64,000 bases of DNA from Phaeosaccion multiseriatum (Eukaryota; Protista; Ochrophyta, other classes): assembly GCA_965112735.1 (NCBI GenBank), contig OZ218965.1, positions 434,001 through 498,000 of the forward strand. Direction: 5' to 3'. Under the pieces are notes generated by a model. That model was given only the letters and a program-made list of their open reading frames with translations. It had not been told where the DNA came from and ran no database searches. A program made the position numbers and the translations under genes. Positions 1 through 24,562 of this stretch are shown piece by piece; positions within the stretch are counted from its first letter, which is position 1, and each line of letters starts with the position of its first letter.

Positions 1-13025
<13,025 letters not shown>

Positions 13026-13357
13026 AGGCATGGAAGGAGGGGAGTGAGTCGGAGGGCGTGGGGGAAGGTATCGCTCGAGAGAGTTAGTCACGGATGGAGA
13101 AAGAGGAGAGGGGCAGGCCCAAACGTATTTATACTATATATATAGCTTTTAGCTTTTGGCTTTTTGTCTGTCATTATAATAATATTGCTACGGGCCTTTC
13201 CGGCCGTTCTTGCAAACGGTTGCTGGCAGCTTGCGATGAAGCAGGAAATCTGCTCACGCAATGGGTAGAGTCTGAATTCAATCTCTCTGTTTACGCACTG
13301 AGTCTCTGAGTTTCACCGAGCCTCTCCTCAGTGACTTACTAAGAAGTGACAAGTGCC

Positions 13358-16300
13358 TCACGCAGTCCTGTCGTAAGCGAGGATGGGACTGAGCCACCTC
13401 TCGCACTCTTCCACCGTCATGCCCTTGCGCTTGGCGTAGCTCTCCACCTGGTCCTTGCCGATCTTGCCCACGGCAAAGTACTCGCTGCCGGGGTTGGCGA
13501 ACACGAGCGCAGACACCGAGGCGGCCGGCATCATGCTGAAGCTGTCCGACAGCTTGGTGCCGCACAGCTCCTCCGCTTGCAGCAGCTCCCACATGGTCTT
13601 CTTCTCCGTGTGGTCGGGCTGCGAGGGGTAGCCAGGAGCGGGGCGGATGCCCTGGTACTTGACCTTGAACAGATCCTCCCCTTCGAGCTTCTCGTCCGGC
13701 GCGTAGCCCCACAGGCTGCGCCTCATGTCGAGATGCAGCAGCTCAGCAAAGGCCTCCACGAGCCTATCCGCCAGGGCCTGCACCATGATCTTGCTGTAAT
13801 CGTCGTTGGCATCCTCGTGGCGCTTGCACTCCTCCTCGGCCCCTATGCATGACACTGCGAACATGCCCAGGTAGTCGGCGATGCCGCTCTCCTTGGGCGC
13901 GATGAAGTCGGCCTGCGAGAGGTAGGGGTCCTTGGTCTCCTTCTCCGCCTGCTGCCGGAGCATGCACATCCTCGCTGACACCGTGCTGCGAGACTCGTCC
14001 GTGTAGATCTGCGGGGAGGGGGAGGGGCGCGAGGGCGAAAGTGAGTGATTCGTTTCGTCTGTGATGCTTCTTCAAGGAGACTGACTCCACATGTGTCTTG
14101 TTGGGTGGGTGGAGCGGCCGCCCCAGCGCGGTGAGTGAACGTAACACACACAAAACATTGACGCACGCCGTTTGCACTTGCCACTCACTCACCTCAACGT
14201 CCTCTCCGTCTCGGTTCGCGGCGAAGTGCCCCACCACTCCCCGGAGGGCGAGGCGCTTGTTATCAATGATGTCCTTGAGCAGCGCCTGCGCGTCGTCGAA
14301 CAGCTTCTTGGCCTCCTCGCCCACTGTGGCGTCGTTGAAGATCTTGGGGTAGCCGCGGTTGGGGTATCTGTCATGTGTGGGAGGCGCTTCGGTTACAAAC
14401 TGGTAGCTGTAACTGTATGCAGCAAGTGTGCCGGCACAGGCAGACAGGGGGACACAGATGGACAGACCGGCTTCTCAAAGTCGTGTAGGCAGCTCTACCC
14501 ACTCACCGGCCGCGCAGCTCCCAGGTCTGGAAGAATGGGTTCCAGTCAATGAAGGGGAGCACTTGCTCGAGACAGTACTCGTTGACTGTCGTCACGCCCA
14601 GCGAGTTGGGGGCCGCCACGGGCTTGGTGTCTCCCGAGGTGAAGTCTAGCTTCTTTCCCTTGGCAATGGCCTGGTCCAGCGTAAGGTAGTGCCTCTCCTC
14701 CAGCCCGGCGTAGTGCTCCTCACGCATCTCTGCGTACTCCTAAGGGCAATGGACAGGGGCAGGTGAGGCAGAGAGAGAGAGAGAGAAGAATAAGAGGAGT
14801 GAGAGGGAGAGGGCGAGAGGGAGAAAGGGGGGCTGTGTGCGTGTACTGCGTGACTCACTCACATCCATGATGTCCTCCACGTACTCGAGCTTGGCATCTC
14901 CGAGCAGGCTCTGCACCACAGTCACAGCCCGGGAAGCGTCCAACACGTGGATCACAGGGTGCTGCGAGAGAGAGGAGGGGGGGGGGGGGGGGGTGAGAGG
15001 GTCGAACAACAGCAGGTCGCCGAGGTGTCGTTCCTTCCTTTGGCATCCTCTGCAGTGCTGTGGTGCTATTCATCTCTTGCAGTGAACCAACCTCAGGGCT
15101 CATGTACTGAGGCGCGATCTTGACTGCGGTGTGCATCTTGCTGGTGGTGGCACCTCCAATGAGGATGGGGATGCTGACGCCTGCCCGCTTGGCCTCGCCT
15201 GCCACGAACACCATCTCGTCCAGAGAGGGCGTGATGAGACCGGACAGACCGATGACGTCCACGTTGTGCTCTTTGGCAGCGTCGAGGATCTGGTCGCACT
15301 GCTGCATGACGCCGATGTCTATGACCTTGTAGTTGTTGCAGCCCAGAACCACTCCCACAATGTTCTTGCCGATGTCGTGCACGTCTCCCTTGACGGTGGC
15401 CATGAGCACCTGCGATGGCAGTGGGTGGCAGGGGGTGGCAGTACAGTACATGGGTGAGGAGGAGGGCCTTGTAGGAAGAGCGAGAGAGAAGGAAGACAGC
15501 TTCAGCCGCAGCCTCACCCACCTTGCCGGCGTACTGGGCATCGTCATCCACCTCGGCTTCAGGGTTCACGCCCTCCGCCTCGAGCTTGAGGCGCTTCTCT
15601 TCCTCCATGAAGGGCAGCAGGTACGCCACCGCCTTCTTCATCACACGGGCAGACTTGATCACCTACATAAGGTTACATAAGGAAGAAAAGGCATGCATGG
15701 CGCACGTACACGTTTCATTGGTCAATATCGACCATTGACAGGAAGGACCCTTCGGTCCCTTCGGTCCCTTCGGTCCGTAGTTGGGCGGCATCGTGTCCGA
15801 GGGGAGGAGCGGAGCGCCTCCCTTTGTTCCTTGCTCACCTGCGGCAGGAACATCTTGCCGGCGCCGAAGAGGTCTCCCACGACGTTCATGCCGTCCATGA
15901 GAGGTCCCTCGATGACATTCAGAGGCTTGTCGCAGATCTGCCGGGCCTCCTCCACGTCTTCGTTGATGAACTGGTCAATGCCCTTGATGAGCGAGTACTC
16001 CAACCTCTCCTTGGTGGGCTTGGCCCTCCACGCCGCCGCATCCTGCGCGGGACCGCCCTTGCCCTTCCTCTGCTTCTGCAGCTCCTGCTCGACCTGGGAG
16101 AGAGAGAGAGAGAGAAGAGAGCACAGAGCACAGAAAGAGGATGAGCGGGTGTCCCCATGCCCATTCTCTCTCTCCCTCTCACGACCCTTGGTCTAATAAC
16201 CTGAAACTGAAAACTTCCTCTCTCTCTCTCTCTCTCTCTCTCTCACCTGCGCCCTGTCGAGGAGCTTCTCCGTGGCCTCCGGGTTCCTGTTGAGCACCAC

Positions 16301-18933
16301 ATCCTCCACGATCTCCAGTAAGTCAGCGGGGATGTCGTCGTACACCTGCAGCAGCCCCGCGTTGACGATGCCCATGTCCATGCCCGCCTGGATGGCGTGG
16401 TACAGAAACACTGAGTGCATCGCCTCTCGGATCACATTCACGCCGCGGAAGCCGAAGGACAGGTTGCTGACGCCGCCGCTGATGTGGGCGTGGGGGCACT
16501 GCTCGACAATGACCTTGGTGGCCTCGATAAAGTCCACGGCGTAGTTGTTGTGCTCGGGAAGGCCCGTGGCGATGGTGAGAATGTTGGGGTCGAAGATGAT
16601 ATCCTCGGGGGGGAAGTCCAACTCGTCCACAAGGATGTCGTAGGAGCGCTTGCAGATGCGGATCTGAAGGGGATGGTTGTAGGTTCCGTTTAGAGACCAA
16701 GTGGGAGCTGCACGGCAGCCACACGCCTCTCCCTCCCTCTACGGAAGTACACACACTCACCTTGCTTTCACAGTCCGCCGCCTGGCCCTCCTCGTCGAAG
16801 GCCATGACCACGCACGCGGCTCCGTGATCACGCACCACGCATGCCTGGCGCTTGAACTCCTCCACGCCCACCTTGAGGGAGATGGAGTTGAAAATGCACT
16901 TTCCCTGCACCCACTTGATTCCCTGCTCAGCAATATCGAACTTACTCGAATCGATCATGAAGGGCACCTTGGCTACGTCGGGCTCCGTCACCGCGATCTT
17001 GCAGAACTTGCTCATCGCGCTCATTCCGTCGAGCAGCCCGTCGTCCACGTTGATGTCGATGACCATGGCCCCGTCCTCCACCTGCGCCTTGGCCACATCC
17101 ATGGCCGCCTGATAGTCGCCAGCCATGATGAGCTTCTTGAACTTGATGCTGCCCGCCACGTTGCAGCGCTCTCCGAGGTTCACGAACTTGATCACGTCCT
17201 GTGCGCGGGTTGTATTTAAGGTAAGAGGGGAGGAGGAGGGGAGTCGGTTAATCATTAGCATGTAGGGCACACACACACTTTGTTTGGTGGGAAGGACTGC
17301 GCGCTATGCCGTGCTCTGTACTGTCTGCCTACCAGCCAGCTTCCCTCCCGCCCAACCAACTGCCCCACTGTTCCTCCCTCCCCTCCTCACCTTCGAAATC
17401 TTGAGAGCCTCGAGCCCAGACAGCCACATGGTGGGCGTCTCAGGTACGGCCGGCAGGGGGCGCGGAGGCAGGTGCTGCACAGCATCCTTGATGGCCTTGA
17501 TGTGCGGGGGCGTGGAGCCGCAGCAGCCGCCCATCATGTTCACCAGCCCCTCCTCGGCGAAGATGTAGTTGTCCCTGGCCATGTCTGAAGGGGTGTCATC
17601 GTAACCGCCCATGGCGTTGGGCAGCCCCGCGTTGGCGTACACATGCACGAAGCACTCAGCCACTGCCGCCAGGCGCTGCAGGAAGGGCCGCATCTGAGGG
17701 GCCCCGAGCGCGCAGTTCAGCCCCACGCAGAAGGGCTTGACATGCCGAACGGACACGTAAAAGCCTTCCGTGGTCTGCCCGGACAGCGTCCGTCCCGACT
17801 GGTCCACCAGGGTACCGCTGATCATGAGCGGGATGTCCTCCTTACCCGCCCCCCGCAGGTACTTCCTGACGGCGAAGATGGCCGCCTTGGCGTTTAGCGT
17901 GTCGAAGATGGTCTCCACAATGATAATGTCGCAGCCCCCCTCCACCAGAGCCTTGCATTGCAAAGAGTAGGCCTCCACCAGCTCGTCGAAGTGCACGTTG
18001 CGCGAAGAGGGGTCCTCCACGTCCGGAGAGATGGAGGCTGTCCTGTTGGTGGGGCCTGTGTGGGGGGGGGGGGGCAGCGCCAGAGGGTTTGGGGGGGTGA
18101 GTAGGCATGCCCCTCGCTGCGGACATGTGCGGGAAACAGAACGCCAGCTCCTCTCTTCCCATACATACCGATGGCGCCGGCCACGAACCGCGGCCTATCA
18201 GGGTCCTTCGCCGTGGCTTCCTCGCACACCTTCAGCGCAATCTTGACGCTGTCGTAATTGATTTGGTACACCAGATCCTCCTGGTCCATGTCGTAGTCGG
18301 CCATGGCGATGGTTGTTCCCGAAAAGGTATTGGTACCGATAATGTCCGAGCCTTTCTCCAGGTACTGAGGAAGGGAGGAGACAGCACCGGCAGCAGCAAC
18401 AGCAACAGAAGCAGCAGCAGGAGAAGAGCTTCAGCAAAAGCCCAACTTCTCTCCCAACCCCGCTGCGCTGCAGGAGCAGCAGGGCTTCAGCCAAAGGCCC
18501 GCCCAGTCTGTCCAGCCTCACCCCGTACCTCGCGCTGGATGCCCTCAATAACATGAGGTTGGGTGATGGAAAGGAGATCGTTGTTGCCCTTGATGTTCAT
18601 GTGGTAGTCCTTAAATTGCTCCCCTCTATAATCCTCCTCCTCCAGCTTGGGGCGGTAATTCTGAATCATCGTGCCCATCGCCCCGTCATACATTACAATA
18701 CGCTCCTAAGAAGGGGGAGAGAGAAGACGGAGAGAAGGGAGTGAGGCCGCTGCTGAGCCAAGCGAGGGCGATCAAGGGCAAAAATTGTGGGTGCCACCGC
18801 CGACGCAGAAAGATCGACCAACCTGGAACATCCTCGTGAGGTACGCCGTCACGCTGTCCTTCCCCCTTGTGAACCGCGGATAGTCCGCCACCCCCGCTCC
18901 ATTGCCCTCCCCTATGAAGGACTTGGGCGCCAT
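13358..18933 (-). CDS. METH: Cobalamin-dependent methionine synthase (MetH/MTR), multi-exon
   Basis: ATG at 18933, TGA at 13358-13360. Motifs: [22 protein letters not shown] (Hcy/Zn domain), GERCNVAGS (pterin-binding), [22 protein letters not shown] (B12 DxHxxG), [31 protein letters not shown] (AdoMet activation domain). Confidence 0.97.
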
Positions 18934-19336
18934 GCTGTATACGGCTTTCGGCTTTTGTTGGTTGGTTTGTTGTCTTGGATGTGGAAATTTGGTGGTGGAT
19001 TTGGTGGCCGTAGGATTGAACAGTTCGACGACCTCGAACTCAAACTGCAGGACCTGTACGCACGCGACAAGGCACGCCCCACGCAAATGCATCATGTCAC
19101 GTTAGCAGTAGAGGTGAGGCAGGTTTCAGCAGCCTCTTCTTTATTAGGTAGAAGTGAATTTGAAATCATCCAAGGCGTACCACGAGGGAGTTGAGAGATT
19201 GAGCAAGGCGCGGGAGCTCTACGCGCCTTCCTTCCTTCCTGCCCCCTACCCCCCTCTCCGCCCCCCGCCCAACAATCGTCGAAACAAGCTGTCCTGTCCC
19301 GGATCAGCACGCACGCTGCTGTTGCTGCTGCTGCTG

Positions 19337-19373
<37 letters not shown>

Positions 19374-19777
19374 GCCCTGTCGACGTTCCTGGTGGCAGGA
19401 GTGCCCCTCTACCTGACACCTTGGCTGCGTCGTCCACAAAGGTGGAGTGCCTCCATCCGAGAGAGAGCTCTGCATCATCGAGGGATGCGACAGTCCGCGG
19501 CCTCAGCCTGGCTGGATGCTTGGCTGGACAAAGCCTTGGCTGGACGCTTGGCTGAGGCTACTTGGATACTTGCTGTCTCGTGCGTTCCCCCCTGGACGTG
19601 AGGGAAGTGCAACAGTCGGGTGCTCCACCGGCGCCCTGTCCTATCGAGCCCTGTCAAGTGCCTGCTCGCTCCGTCGGCTCCAATGTGCGAGAGCCACCCA
19701 CCCCACATCGCTCGAACACAGAGGAGCAGAGGGACAGACAAGCTCGACTCACTCCCTTCTCCCAAAGCGAGAGTGCG

Positions 19778-21620
19778 TCAAGTGTGAATGCCCACAAGCG
19801 GGGGGCATTGGTAACCCGTTCGCTGAAACAGGTAAATAATCTCCACGTCCTTCGTGAGCGGAATGACGAGGTCGCGGTACAGCTTGGCAATGACATCCTG
19901 CAGGGCCAACAAACACAGCACAATGGGATGCATGCATGCGCAGGGGAGGGGTGAGACTCGAACCAACCACCCGCTCCACCTCTGTCTCTGCCTCTGCATA
20001 CTTCGGCGTCTCCTTGTACGCACGTACCGGCTGGACCTTGTACTCCGTCTCCTCGCTGTCCGTGTCACCGCCAAGGTCTTGCCCGTACGTGGACGCCTTC
20101 AGAGCGGCGCGCTCAAGCACCCTCTTCTCGACCGCCTGCGAGAGGCAAGACACAGATGCAGACGCAGAAAGCAGTTGGTCATACAGCGTCCATCAGGTCA
20201 GACTGACCAGGAACGAAGAGCCCCTGTCCACCTCAGCTACCCACCTTGTTGGTGAGGAGGTCGTTGACGCCTCTGACGTCCCCCGCCTTGCACAGCTGTC
20301 GGTACAGCTGGCCGTCCTCCTGGTACTTGCTCTCGGCGACGAACTTGCCCAGGTGGATGCGCCGGCTGAGCGCCTGCTTGCCGTTGGAAGCAGAGGGGAG
20401 GCAGTCAGCAAGAACGAAGCTGGGGGGCGGGCTGGCCTGGAAAGGGGAAATTGCTACGCACGCCCTTCACGACTTACCTGCAGCACAGTAATGTCTGCCA
20501 GGCAAGTGCTGCCGTGCTGCTCGTCGTCCCCGCTCTTGGCCACGGCGGGCACCACCTCACTCACGTAGCGCTCGTAGATCTGCCGGCACACGAACAGGGA
20601 GAGATAGAGAGACAGAGAGAGAAGAGAAAGAGAGAAAGAGAGAGAAAGAGACAGAGAGACAGACAGAGCGAGACAGAGAGACAGAGATAGAGTGAGTCCT
20701 TGACTTCTCCTGCGGGGAATCATTCGCTCCACCTCGTACCTGGTCGTTCACGTTGGCACTGTTCGGCGCCAGAATCTGCGGAAAGTCCAGGGTCGGGAGG
20801 ATCGGCTCGGGCAAGAAGCCCGGGAAGAACGCCTGCTCCTCCGGGGACATGTACCTTCGCACGCGAGAGTGCTGCGTTGCGGAGGAGGCCAGAGGCACAC
20901 ACACAAAAGCGTAAGGAGGCTGCTGTCTATCTGCTACGCAGGCTGTACGACCAACCCGTGTGCACTAACCAACTTTTCCGTCTCGCAGAGCATGTATTCC
21001 AGAAAGGAGGCGTCCCTGTCGAACAGCTCTGGGGAGCCATCCTTGTGAATACGAAAGGTCTGCGAAGAACGCGGCGTGAGTGATAATGAGCGAGACAACG
21101 AGAGGAGGCGCACAGACAAACAGGGACCTCTCTACCTTTTGCGTGTAGATGGCAGTGTTTTGTCTGAACATGGCCCGCTCGATCAAGCCGAAGATTATAG
21201 TCTCTTCCTGAATGTGCGAGCCGTAAGTAAGCCGCAAGTGAGACACAGGCAACACGTGGCTTCTTCTTCACATAAGGAACTCACTTGTCTGATGAGTGTG
21301 CTACGTATACTGTCCAGGCTGAGGACATCAGCTGTCTTCACGTTGGGTCGATTGACGTCCACTGATTCCGGCAGGACTAGGGATGGTATCACCCCGTCGT
21401 TGCATGGCTCTGCTGCTGTTGAGTGATCCGAGCTGCTGCCTGGTGGCGGTGATTCGAGGGGTTTGCCTCCCTCAGGCACGGCCGTGGTGGCCGCAGCTTT
21501 TTGGCGCTGCGAGAGGGGGGTGGCACATCGCACGCCTCCCCACGTTTGGAAGGCCAGAGTCGGCCGCACGTGGAGGAACAACGACAGCGAGAGAAGCAGC
21601 AGGAGGCCCTTCTCCATCAT
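19778..21620 (-). CDS. Chorismate mutase, eukaryotic AroQ (ARO7) class, with bipartite plastid presequence
   Basis: Spliced peptides LSLDSIRSTLIRQ|EETIIFGLIERA, ETEKL|HSRVRRYMSPEEQAFFP, DITVLQ|ALSRRIHLGKFVAESK, VIPLTKDVEIIYL. N-terminus MMEKGLLLLLSLSLFLHVRPTLA-FQT (signal peptide then Phe). The 3' end is approximate. Confidence 0.93.
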
Positions 21621-21750
21621 GAAAAAACACTCACTCTGCACCCATGGCTGGGCGCCAGCCACGTCCAAAATTTTACTTTTGGTAATCCTCTCGCCCCCTC
21701 AATGGTATCTTCCTCTGAAAAAGGCAGAGCCAAAGGGGACAGTGAGGGTC

Positions 21751-22980
21751 ATGAAGCTATTCTTTGTCTTGCTCTCTGTGCCTCTGGCGGTGTCCTTCTA
21801 TACCGCTCCCGTTGCATTCAGATGTAGGAGAGGCAGCGGCAGACAGCCGCGCCTGTACATGAGTGATCCGGAGAGAGGAGGGCCTCGACCTCAAAGACGG
21901 AGGTCACGGGCTCCTCCATCGAGGCGCATACCGGAAAATGAGGCAGAGGCGGATTATGAGGGGAGCTACCGGAGGAGAAGGTGCGTTTGGCCGGCTGGAG
22001 CGTTGGATCTACTCTCCCATCTCTTACCCATTTTTGGCGCGCCCTTATCAGGAGGAGGCGTGATGGGGAGCAGCGAGGAAGGGAGCCCGACATGGAATCA
22101 AGTGAAACCTTGGGGAGGGTACGACAAGGGCGTGGCAGGTGGACAGCACCCAGAAGGCAAATAACTCATCCTTTTGCATCATCCATTTCTCGCCCACCTT
22201 TGCGCAGGATGCCCTCTTGCGAAACGGCTTCTTCGCAGTGAGTGTACTGTCTTTTGCGCAAGGAGCGCTGCGGTCGGGGCCAGACCCCGAGGTCAAGGAG
22301 AGAGAGAGACCTGCGAGGAAGCGGGAGGCTGTGCCCACACCAACGAGCAGTGGAAAAGGTGTGTATCCCACAGGCAGTTGAAACCCCCTACCCCTCTAGT
22401 CGTGCAGCCAATCTCACTCACCTGCTGTTCCCGGCTCGTGTCGTCCGTACAGACCCAGACCCCGCCGAGAGAGACGACTTGGTGTTTCACGGCTCGAGCG
22501 AGGGCTTTGTAGACGGGGTGTTCATGCTGAAGGCCGCTCGGGCGGAGCTCACGCTCATGAAGACATATCTAAAGAAGAAGCCTGCGCGAGTGAAACAGGC
22601 CTTTGCCAAGGTGGAGGCGCTGGACCCCAAGCTCTTTCGAGGACGGTGTGACGTGCTGGCCAACATCGCCCCATTCTCCGAGCAAGAGGTATGTTTGTTG
22701 TTGAAGGCAGACCAGTGTCAAGCAGACAAGTGTCAAGCAGACAAGTGTCAAGCAGACAAGTGTCAAGCAGACAGGAACCAAGTGAGAGGCTCAAGTGTTT
22801 GTTGTATGCCTGCCTGCCTGCCTGCGACAGGCGTCTATTCGAGCGTGCGCAGAGGCCTCGGACAAGTTTGATGCGCTGAGCCAACAAGCGCTGCGCGGGA
22901 ACATCAACATAGAGAGGGGCATCGACCAAGTGCTGGCGTCCATCGGCAAAATCGTCGACACGATACTGCCCGCCACGTAG
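21751..22980 (+). CDS. Hypothetical plastid-targeted protein, 5 exons
   Basis: Phase-consistent exons 21751-21980, 22052-22118, 22208-22358, 22453-22688, 22831-22980. N-terminus MKLFFVLLSVPLAVS-FYTAP followed by an Arg-rich transit-like segment; helical C-terminal domain. Confidence 0.7.
22712..22772 (+). repeat. Intronic 15-bp tandem repeat, about 4 copies
   Basis: (CAAGTGTCAAGCAGA)n inside intron 22689-22830. Confidence 0.85.
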
Positions 22981-23028
22981 TCAGTCTTTAATTCAATAGT
23001 CTGATTCATTCTGCATTCTGATTCTGTC

Positions 23029-24503
23029 TCACCCCGATAGGAGCTCCCACTCTTTCGCGACTGAGTACCGCCTCGCGTCCTGCACCCACAAGGCCCTAAA
23101 GGTCTCAAACTGAAACATGCTTCGCTCGTTCCGCTCCACGATCTCGCCGCTTCTAATGAGGAAGGCCTCCGCCTCGTCTGTACTCACAGTGCTCCAAATC
23201 ACCTCCAGGCGGAGCACTCTCCGGCGAGAGCTGTGCTTGTTGTAGAGCAGCGCATCCCTCCCCCCGCCCGTGGTTGTGCTGCTGCCACTACCACCACTGC
23301 CGGTGCCTGTGCCTGAGCCCTTGCGCTTCATGGACAAGAAGCTGTCTCGCAGGACGTGTGCGGCGATGGTGCGCTCTCCGACAAACTCGCCTCTGCCCCG
23401 CTCCGCGACGCTACTCGAGCTCAACACGCTCCGGCAGCTCATGTCCCCCATCGGGCCTGCCGCAGCTGCCACGCTGTTGTTCACGAGTCCCCCTTTGGCG
23501 TCAAGGTACAGGCGCTCTGAGAGAGAGGCACAGAGAGAAGGGGGGAGGGGGGGCTTCACTTTCTGCATCGGCATTCGCAACACGGGGGGGGGGGGGGGAG
23601 GGGAGGGGCGGACCTGTAAAGATGATGCAGTCGCCGACGACCACGTCTCCGTTCGCATCGCGTTGAAAGATATCCGCAGCGTTGAGTGGCTTCAACACGA
23701 CCACCTGGTCCTGCGGTAGAGTGCTGACTTGTGTCTTGTCGCTCCACTCGCTAGTGCCGCCGTCTATGTTTAGCGCAGCAACCCGGAACCAGTACACTGC
23801 ATTCGAAATGAGCCCGGTGACCTTGACCGTGTTGTCCACGCCCTCGTAGACTGTGACCCACTCCTACCGCATGGGCCGCGCGTTCGTTAGCGACAAAGGA
23901 GGAGGAGGAGGAGGAGGAGGAGGAGGAGGAGGAGGAGGAGGAGGAGGAGGAGGAGGAGGAGGAGGAGGAGGAGGAGGAGGAGGAGGAGGAGGAGGAGGAG
24001 GAGGAGGATGAGGACGAGGAGGAGGAGGAGGAGGAGGAGGAGGAGGAGGAGGAGGAGGAGGAGGAGGAGGAGGAGGAGTGGAGGCAGTGAGAGAGTGAGC
24101 GAGATGGAAGTCATAAGAAGCGCGTCCTCTGCGGTAAGTCATAAGAAGCGGGTCCTCTGTGGTAAGTCCGCTCGTGACGGCACGACGTGGTGCACCTCTC
24201 TGGACTTCCTTGCTTGCTTTGCCGCGCCCGTCCTCACCTCGTCTGCCGACTTCCGCGAGACCAGGCTCCCTCCCACCGTGTCCAGGCTTTCCTTAAAGCG
24301 ACTCATCAGGCGGTACTTGTGTGCGCCTCCCGCCCCGGGATACCACTTCAGCACCACCGCCTTGGCTTCAGCTCTCGCCACGCACGGGCTCACGGGGGGG
24401 CGGGGGGCGGTCATCACCTTGGCAGCTTGGGAAAGCGAGCTTTGCGTCCGAGCTTCGCACATGGAAGTGGGCAAGCGGGTGATTCGGGAGGAGGATCAGG
24501 TGT

Positions 24504-24562
<59 letters not shown>

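Noticed and set aside
18934-19777. Cobalamin riboswitch upstream of METH
   Set aside because: No B12-box motifs recognised; only a (CTG)n tract. This riboswitch class is not established in eukaryotes.
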